From: Nitrospira sp.
Lineage (GTDB): Bacteria; Nitrospirota; Nitrospiria; Nitrospirales; Nitrospiraceae
NCBI GenBank assembly: GCA_047150005.1
Contig: AP038806.1
Coordinates: 2,336,001 to 2,400,000 of the forward strand
DNA: 64,000 bases
Reading direction: 5' to 3'
Part shown: in pieces, positions 57,827 through 64,000 of the stretch
Numbering within the stretch: the first letter of the stretch is position 1
Layout of the letters: each line of letters starts with the position of its first letter
Translations under genes and position numbers: made by a program
Notes under the pieces: generated by a model
What the model was told of the DNA's origin: nothing
Database searches by the model: none
Seen by the model: only the letters and a program-made list of their open reading frames with translations

Positions 57827-59977
57827 ATGCCACCCATTTCACGCTTCGACGAACGTATCGGGAAAGTATTCCTACCCGAGGCCGATGCCATCGATGCGGG
57901 GCAGGACTTTACGCCCAATCCCGAAGGGCCGGAATTGCCGTCGGGGATTCCGAGTCTGCCCGGAGAGCTCGAGCCACGCCTGCCCATCAAATGGCCTCCC
58001 CAGGAGTGGATCTTCCCGAAGTTCTGCTTGACCAAACTCAAGCCGGGGTGCTACTCGTTCGGCTTCACGCCGACCGGCACACCGATCTTCGGCACGCGCT
58101 ATCGGGGAACACTTCGGATCGAATCGGTCGGTCGCGGTATCCGCATGTCCGGAGACCTATACTCATATCGCCTCTTCGACGACATCGTCGTCAAGTGGCC
58201 GATTGAGAAGATCCGCGTGTTCGGCCCCATCCGCGATGCCAGTGTGGCCAGCGATGGTCCGGGAGGTGAGGCAGCCGACACGGGTGGTGTGATCCCCATC
58301 TATCCGCGGCGGAAATACCGCTCATACTTGAAAGGCACGAGCGCGCAGCTGCTCAAGATCGTGCCTCGGGGCACCGAATGCTCGTTCACGCTGAACTTCG
58401 ACGAGTTCGTCTACAACCATCCAGCGACTGGGTTCAGCGGTTCGTTCAATACCATGCCGACGCGATCAGTGCGATACGTGCTTCGCCATACGCCCACGCC
58501 GGACCTGTATTCCGGCGAAGCGTATGAAGGGACCACATTGATTGGGACTGTCTCGATTCGGTGGATCTCGGCCTCATTCCGGCGCGCGCATCTGCAGCTC
58601 AACACGCTGGAAGACGCCGTGTCGCCGCCTGCGTCGGTCGGCGGAACGACCTTCTCGACCATCTTCGCGGATGCAGGTTGGGATCTGTCGTTCACCGACG
58701 GTGGCACAGTGCCGCTGCCAGCGTCGCTGGCCGGCATCGATATCTTCAGCTGTTGGGCATTCGCCGATTACCACACGCTGATGACCAGCGTGCCGGGATA
58801 CAATGCTGCCGATCTCGACACGGTTTGGAGGGTGCACTTGGTCGCAGTGCCTGCGCAGCTCGGATGCAGCCGGGGCTGGATGTTCGATTCGTCGAGTGGC
58901 GCGGACCCGAACTCGGTGCCGCGGGAAGGGTCGGCCACTCATAGTCACGACGGATACCCGGCAGATGATTGCCTCGACGGGATGGGTGGCTCGCACTACG
59001 ATGGTGCGGCCGATCAACAGCAGCGCAACGTCCCTCGCGCCTTCCTGCGATCGGCGACACATGAAGTGGGTCATGCGTTCAACCAGATTCACCAACAATT
59101 CGAGTTAGGCAACGACAACTCGATCATGACGCCGACGCCTGGTGTCGCCACCGTGCTCGGCATCGGAGGCACGTTCCCCAATGACATCAATCTGGCCTTC
59201 AACAACACCGTGAAGAAGCATCTGCGGCATTTGCCTGATCCCGCCGTGCGACCGGGTGCCATGGACTTCTTCGGCAGCGCCATCGCGGCGCCGGAAGCGT
59301 CCGACGTGGCGTGGCCAGAGACGCTCGACCTGACGGTCACGCCTTCGTCCAATCAGGTTACGCTTGGCGAGCCGATCGATCTCAATTACACGCTGACCAA
59401 CAATGGCCAGTCTGCACTCCCGGTTCCCGTGACGCTCGATGTGGAGTCGTTGACGGTTCGCATCAACGTCACCGACCCGGCTGGCCGGATCACGTTCATG
59501 CGTCCCTACAACGTGTTGTCATGCCCGAAGATGGATTTGATCGATCTTGCCCCGGGCAGGTCGATCAGCCACAGCGCGCCGCTGTTCTGGGGACGCGAAG
59601 GATTCGCTTTCAGCGTTCCTGGCCGCCACGTCGTGGAGGTCATCGTCCTCTGGAACGTAGCTGGTGTGCCCGTGGCCGCGTCTGGTACACACGCGGTGTA
59701 TGTCGGTTATCCGGTTTCAAAGATGGACAATGACATGGCGGCTCTACTGCTAGATCCTGAAGTCGGGAAGGCCATCGTCACCAAACGTGCATGGGTGTTC
59801 GAGCGCGCGGCAGAGCGCATCAAACAGGCGACGAGCAAGGGTGGCAATCATGCCGCGGCACGGGCCATCTCCAAACTCGCAGTGCTGACGCCGCCGCGAC
59901 GGACGTCGATACGTGTCAGCGCCCCAAAACGAGCCGGTGGGGCGAAGTCAGGGCGCCGGAGACCACGGAAAGGGTGA
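57827..59977 (+). CDS. Metzincin-like zinc metallopeptidase with C-terminal Ig-like domain
   Basis: HEVGHAFNQIH (HExxHxxxxxH) and SIMTP Met-turn; AAAGGAG RBS; no signal peptide. Confidence 0.8.
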   Translation: MPPISRFDERIGKVFLPEADAIDAGQDFTPNPEGPELPSGIPSLPGELEPRLPIKWPPQEWIFPKFCLTKLKPGCYSFGFTPTGTPIFGTRYRGTLRIESVGRGIRMSGDLYSYRLFDDIVVKWPIEKIRVFGPIRDASVASDGPGGEAADTGGVIPIYPRRKYRSYLKGTSAQLLKIVPRGTECSFTLNFDEFVYNHPATGFSGSFNTMPTRSVRYVLRHTPTPDLYSGEAYEGTTLIGTVSIRWISASFRRAHLQLNTLEDAVSPPASVGGTTFSTIFADAGWDLSFTDGGTVPLPASLAGIDIFSCWAFADYHTLMTSVPGYNAADLDTVWRVHLVAVPAQLGCSRGWMFDSSSGADPNSVPREGSATHSHDGYPADDCLDGMGGSHYDGAADQQQRNVPRAFLRSATHEVGHAFNQIHQQFELGNDNSIMTPTPGVATVLGIGGTFPNDINLAFNNTVKKHLRHLPDPAVRPGAMDFFGSAIAAPEASDVAWPETLDLTVTPSSNQVTLGEPIDLNYTLTNNGQSALPVPVTLDVESLTVRINVTDPAGRITFMRPYNVLSCPKMDLIDLAPGRSISHSAPLFWGREGFAFSVPGRHVVEVIVLWNVAGVPVAASGTHAVYVGYPVSKMDNDMAALLLDPEVGKAIVTKRAWVFERAAERIKQATSKGGNHAAARAISKLAVLTPPRRTSIRVSAPKRAGGAKSGRRRPRKG

Positions 59978-59981
59978 GCGA

Positions 59982-60785
59982 TTGACACAGTCACTCGTTG
60001 CTCTTCGGGCACCGTGCGTGGCTGCGGTCGCGACCGAGGACGCTGTGTGGTGCGCCTCAGGCGGCCGGCTCCTTGCATTCGAGGCCAACGGTGCGCCCAG
60101 GCTTGATCTGCCGTTTCCTGGCGTGCACAGTCTTGGTGCGTCCGGATCCCGACTCGCGGCGATCCTCGACGACGGCCTGATCGTCTGGCTGGATCTGCGC
60201 AGCGGACGCGAAGTGGGCCGACTTCCCATCGGCCGAACGGCGGTGCTCGTGTCGGGTGGTGGGGCGATGTGGGCGATCGACGAGGCAAGCGGCGAGGGCA
60301 TGCGTCTCGGCGAGCCGGGACGGTTGATTGCACGCGTGCCGATGCCTGGACTCGATTGCGCAGCGGCCGATGGCGAGCGCGTGTGGTGGTTGTCGCGTCT
60401 CGATACAAAGCTGCGCGACGGCACGCGCGAAGTCGACCTGGGTATCAGGCCGGGCGAGCGCGGCGGGTTCACCGTGTGCGCGAACTCAGCGTGGCTCAGT
60501 GTGGAACGTGGACTGGTTCGCGTCGGCACGTGGAGTGCGATGAAGGGACCGCTGGTGCCCGCTTCAGTCGGCCAGCTTCCGTTCCTGACCTGCGGTGGCG
60601 GCGTGCTGGTCGGCGCATCCAATACGGATGTCGTCGTTTTGGATCCAAGCGCCGACGCGGATGTGCGGCGGCTGGACATCAATCCTGACGGCGATGTGGG
60701 AATGCTCGTGGCGACACGAACGATGGCATGGGTATTTTCGAGGCAGCATTCGAAGGCGTGGCTCGTGCGCTTCCGTGTCGGGTGA
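59982..60785 (+). CDS. Beta-propeller-like hypothetical protein
   Basis: Repeated ~36-40-aa units with a (G)xxW pattern; fills the gap between two peptidase genes; TTG start inferred. Confidence 0.6.
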   Translation: MTQSLVALRAPCVAAVATEDAVWCASGGRLLAFEANGAPRLDLPFPGVHSLGASGSRLAAILDDGLIVWLDLRSGREVGRLPIGRTAVLVSGGGAMWAIDEASGEGMRLGEPGRLIARVPMPGLDCAAADGERVWWLSRLDTKLRDGTREVDLGIRPGERGGFTVCANSAWLSVERGLVRVGTWSAMKGPLVPASVGQLPFLTCGGGVLVGASNTDVVVLDPSADADVRRLDINPDGDVGMLVATRTMAWVFSRQHSKAWLVRFRVG

Positions 60786-60813
60786 CACCGACGAACATGC
60801 GAAAGGTGTAGCG

Positions 60814-63096
60814 ATGCCGACCAACTTCGATCTGGCTCCGCGTGGGAAAATGATTGATGGCCTTGCCGCCGTCCCGATCGACATTCAACACATCACCGCA
60901 TCGTTGACCTTCGACGGCGCGACGACCTCCGGCACCGGAGACACCACGATCGATTTTATCGTCGGTCCCGGCGGCGGCTGCCCGATTTTCGATTTGCGGC
61001 AGACGATCACGGCAGTGTGGCTCGACGGCGGGTCGCTGGCTGTGGCGGACGTTGCGTTGCACGACTTCGGCGGAGGCCCCGGAGCGGAGCTGCGCGTCGT
61101 CAACAGCGTCCTCGCCGCCAATTCCTCACACACGCTGCGTGTGACCTACACGTTGGGCACTCCGCAAGCGTCGACGGCTGGCATTTATCAGCCTGTGATG
61201 ATGTGGAGCGCGGGACCGCGTCTGGTCTTCAACTTCGGCTTCACTGACTTGGGACCAGGACGGTACCTCGAAGCGTGGATTCCTGCGAATCTGATTTTCG
61301 ACCAATTCGACATCACGATCGATGTGCAGGTGATGAACACCGCGATCGTACACACACCCATCACCAACGGCGCAGTGACGGTACTCGGCACGAATCATTG
61401 GTCGATTGCCTTTCCTGCGCGGTTCACGGCCCTCTCGCCGCTCCTCGAGGTGCGCGCCGGCGACACGGTGGCCTCGCAAAGCGGCAGTGTCGTGCTGCCT
61501 AGCTCGGGCGCGACGATCACGATCGAAACCTGGACCTTGACAAGTAACCCAACGGACCTGGCAGCGCGAATCACTGAAGTCGCCGGATTCCTCACCGCCA
61601 ACGAAGCGTCAACCGGCGCCTACGTGCATGGGAACCGGTTCGTCGCGTTTTTCAATATCGGCGGCATGGAGTACGAGGGTGCCACCACAACCTCGGAGGG
61701 CTCGCTGCGTCACGAGACCTTTCATAGCTGGGGGGGACGCGGCGTGAAGCCGGCCGGGCAGGCCGACGGGTGGTGGGACGAGGCGTGGACCGTCTACAAC
61801 GACAACGGGGGGAGTGGATCGATGCCGTTCAACTTCACCAACCCACCAGTGGAGCTGAGCGCACGCAATCCGTGGACGCGGCTGACACCTAGCGCCTCGT
61901 ACTCGAGCGGGCAACGTGTCTTCCAGGGCGCTGCGGCCCTTATGAGCGCTGCAAGCTTGCGTACGCACATGAACGACTTCTATACGACGCGGCGTGCTCG
62001 GCCGGCGACGACGCCCGATCTTGAAGCTCTCCTCGTCGCGCGATCCGGCCAGGCGACACTCGTCGATGCCTTTCATCGCTTCGTCTACGGCTTTGCCGAT
62101 CCAAATCCGGCTCCGGATCTGTGGATCAAGGATGACCCAGGCCATGCGGGCAGTGACTTTTGGGCCGGAACGTTCTGGAATTCGCCCGACCTCTGGATTC
62201 GCAACGCCGACGATGGCGGGACTGCGCATCAAGCGCCGGAGTTCGGACAGGACAACTGGTTCCATGCGCGTGTGCGGAACCGCAGCACAACGGGCAGCGC
62301 GCGCCATTTCGTCGTGAGCTTCAACGTGCTGCCGTGGGCTGGTACGGAATTCGTCTATCCAAACGATTTCCTGCCGTGCACCGCTGCGGTCGCCGATTTC
62401 GAGCTCGGGCCAGGCGAGACACGGGTCGTGAAGGCACGGTGGCCACGAGCGCTCGTGCCGCCGGCCGGCACACACGTCTGCTGGCTCGCGGCCGCCCTAA
62501 GCCGCGGTGATCACCCGACCGCCCGCGACCACGTGTGGGAGCACAACAATCTCGCGCAGAAGAATCTGACCGTGGTCGATGTCATCCCCGGCCGTTGGTG
62601 GATCCTGCCCTTCCTGCTTGATCGCGTGCTGCTGTGGCGGAAGCATGATGTGACGCTGAGTCTGAGACGGCCGCCGAAGTGGGAGGGCCTTGAGGCGCTG
62701 GTGCTGCATGACACGGACCTGTTCGCACGTGGGGCGCGCCCGGCAGGTGATCTGCTCGGTTTCAAGCGCGCACACATGCGGGAGCCGAGCGCGAGACTCG
62801 ATTGTGGCGGCACCCTCGAGAGATCGCCTCTCATCGCCGACGAGCTTGTGCGGGGTATTGGCGCGGCGTTCACCAAAGGTCGCACGGCAAAGCTTTCGAT
62901 GACGCTGCCCGGACGTGGACCGCTGGTGATGGGCCTCGCCATCCGCATGCCGGCGCGTGCGAAGCCAGGCGAAACTGTGGCACTCGACCTGCTCCAGTAC
63001 GACAAGCGGCGGATGCGAGTCATCGGCGGACTCGCGATTCACCTTCGTGCGCGCAGAAAGGGGGTGGAAAATAAGGAGTCGGAAGTCGGTTTCTGA
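60814..63096 (+). CDS. M1-like gluzincin metallopeptidase with C-terminal beta-sandwich domain
   Basis: GGMEY, HETFH-X18-E, then WNSPDLWIRN...HVCWLA...NNLAQKNL domain; ATG 60814 after AAAGGTG. Confidence 0.82.
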   Translation: MPTNFDLAPRGKMIDGLAAVPIDIQHITASLTFDGATTSGTGDTTIDFIVGPGGGCPIFDLRQTITAVWLDGGSLAVADVALHDFGGGPGAELRVVNSVLAANSSHTLRVTYTLGTPQASTAGIYQPVMMWSAGPRLVFNFGFTDLGPGRYLEAWIPANLIFDQFDITIDVQVMNTAIVHTPITNGAVTVLGTNHWSIAFPARFTALSPLLEVRAGDTVASQSGSVVLPSSGATITIETWTLTSNPTDLAARITEVAGFLTANEASTGAYVHGNRFVAFFNIGGMEYEGATTTSEGSLRHETFHSWGGRGVKPAGQADGWWDEAWTVYNDNGGSGSMPFNFTNPPVELSARNPWTRLTPSASYSSGQRVFQGAAALMSAASLRTHMNDFYTTRRARPATTPDLEALLVARSGQATLVDAFHRFVYGFADPNPAPDLWIKDDPGHAGSDFWAGTFWNSPDLWIRNADDGGTAHQAPEFGQDNWFHARVRNRSTTGSARHFVVSFNVLPWAGTEFVYPNDFLPCTAAVADFELGPGETRVVKARWPRALVPPAGTHVCWLAAALSRGDHPTARDHVWEHNNLAQKNLTVVDVIPGRWWILPFLLDRVLLWRKHDVTLSLRRPPKWEGLEALVLHDTDLFARGARPAGDLLGFKRAHMREPSARLDCGGTLERSPLIADELVRGIGAAFTKGRTAKLSMTLPGRGPLVMGLAIRMPARAKPGETVALDLLQYDKRRMRVIGGLAIHLRARRKGVENKESEVGF

Positions 63097-63139
63097 ACGA
63101 CGAGGATGCCCGGTGCCCCCTCACGGCCAAACCCGGAAC

Positions 63140-63550
63140 TTAACCCTCCGCGAATTCGCCGATATCCATTCGCACTTCATCCAATGCCGAAAGGATGGGG
63201 CCGGGTTTTGCCGCATAGGCCGCAGCCGCAAGAACCAACAGGTCGGCCACAAGGTCGACAAAAGCGGCGATCGTTTCGATTGTCTTGATCTGCGACGTGG
63301 CTTTATTGATGACCTTAATGAGGTCTGCTTGCGTCAGTTCTAAATCACTGACGGTGAGCTTCACCGCTTCCAGATACAGGGCATTGGCTTTGACACGCAA
63401 AGAGGTCTCGTCTCGGAACAGCGAGTATGCCTGAAACTGTTTGAGTTTCTGTCCTTCAATTTCTTTGATAATCCGGTCATGGATCGCATCAGCGGATCCG
63501 ACTAAGGCATCGGCCAGAGCCTCAACCTCCCTTTTCTTGGATAGTGCCAT
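63140..63550 (-). CDS. Small helical hypothetical protein with a hydrophobic C-terminal segment
   Basis: GGAGG RBS; all-helical pattern; IAAFVDLVADLLVLAAAAYAA. Confidence 0.75.
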   Translation of the reverse strand: MALSKKREVEALADALVGSADAIHDRIIKEIEGQKLKQFQAYSLFRDETSLRVKANALYLEAVKLTVSDLELTQADLIKVINKATSQIKTIETIAAFVDLVADLLVLAAAAYAAKPGPILSALDEVRMDIGEFAEG

Positions 63551-63582
63551 ACGTCAACCTCCATGAGATTCAGGATCGCAGG

Positions 63583-64000
63583 TCAATTGTGAAGAGACTG
63601 AATGTGTCTTCCCAGAACTCGAATGTCGTTCGAGGTGCCCTGGAGTAAGGTTTTCACGTCGGAGGCGCTGATGTTGTTCACATTATCGACCAGCGCCCTG
63701 TGGCCCTGCATAATCTTCGTAATTCCACGTTCCGCATCATCGTACTTGGATTCGACCAGACGATATTCCGCGGTCTTGGATTGAACATGCGTTTTCGCCA
63801 AAGCCGCCAATAGCGCATCTTGCGGACTATTCCGGAACGGAATTTCTACTTCAAAGAAGCCGAGAACGATGCCCTTCTCTTGTGCATTGGTCTTTCTATA
63901 CAGGCGAACAAGATCCCCCATGCCTCCCAAGAGCACCTGGATTTTCGGATCCCCTTCCCGAACCATCTCGCGCACGGCGCTCTGTTGGTACCCTGATGTG
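63583..64000 (-). CDS. Helical hypothetical protein, 3' part (5' end outside window)
   Basis: Frame is open to the window edge; co-oriented 32 bp upstream of 63140..63550. Confidence 0.7.
   Translation of the reverse strand, partial: TSGYQQSAVREMVREGDPKIQVLLGGMGDLVRLYRKTNAQEKGIVLGFFEVEIPFRNSPQDALLAALAKTHVQSKTAEYRLVESKYDDAERGITKIMQGHRALVDNVNNISASDVKTLLQGTSNDIRVLGRHIQSLHN

Noticed and set aside
28255..64000. Integrase for the tRNA-Thr islands
   Set aside because: No ORF shows tyrosine (R-H-R-Y) or serine recombinase motifs; one may lie outside the window
1..64000. CRISPR array or integron attC array
   Set aside because: No regularly spaced repeat-spacer series seen; the tRNA-derived repeats are few and kilobases apart

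Overview
The window has two parts. Positions 1 to ~28250 look like core chromosome of a high-GC Gram-negative bacterium whose gene content strongly suggests Nitrospira (inference from gene content only). This part holds a hopanoid/MEP cluster (3' end of shc, hpnG, mlaEFDC-type transporter, Omp85-type barrel, dxs, ispG, tRNA-Cys, hpnH) and a long respiratory operon (two CydA-like oxidase subunits without CydB, five c-type cytochromes, a PRC-Rieske protein plus cytochrome b, and an EbdC/NxrC-like protein). It also holds ubiA, a catalytically degenerate caspase-fold lipoprotein and tRNA-Thr(CGT). From 28255 to the end lies an accessory region punctuated by three extra copies of the tRNA-Thr 3' end (32393, 55905, 56054), consistent with stacked islands, although no integrase is visible. 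Module 1 has an IS3 remnant, arsR-arsM-truncated acr3, an IS end and hipBA. Module 2 (~23.5 kb, between ~113-bp imperfect direct repeats) has a C11 peptidase, a secreted isoamylase and the best candidate for an undescribed system. That candidate is an 18-kb tightly coupled 8-gene operon with three Cys-cluster trypsin-like proteases (sharing a helical domain that is split off in one copy and fused in two), a DUF6603-like protein and three very large unannotated proteins. The last module has a methyltransferase-like gene and a metzincin / propeller / M1-peptidase operon. All family assignments come from motif recognition by eye, not from database searches.
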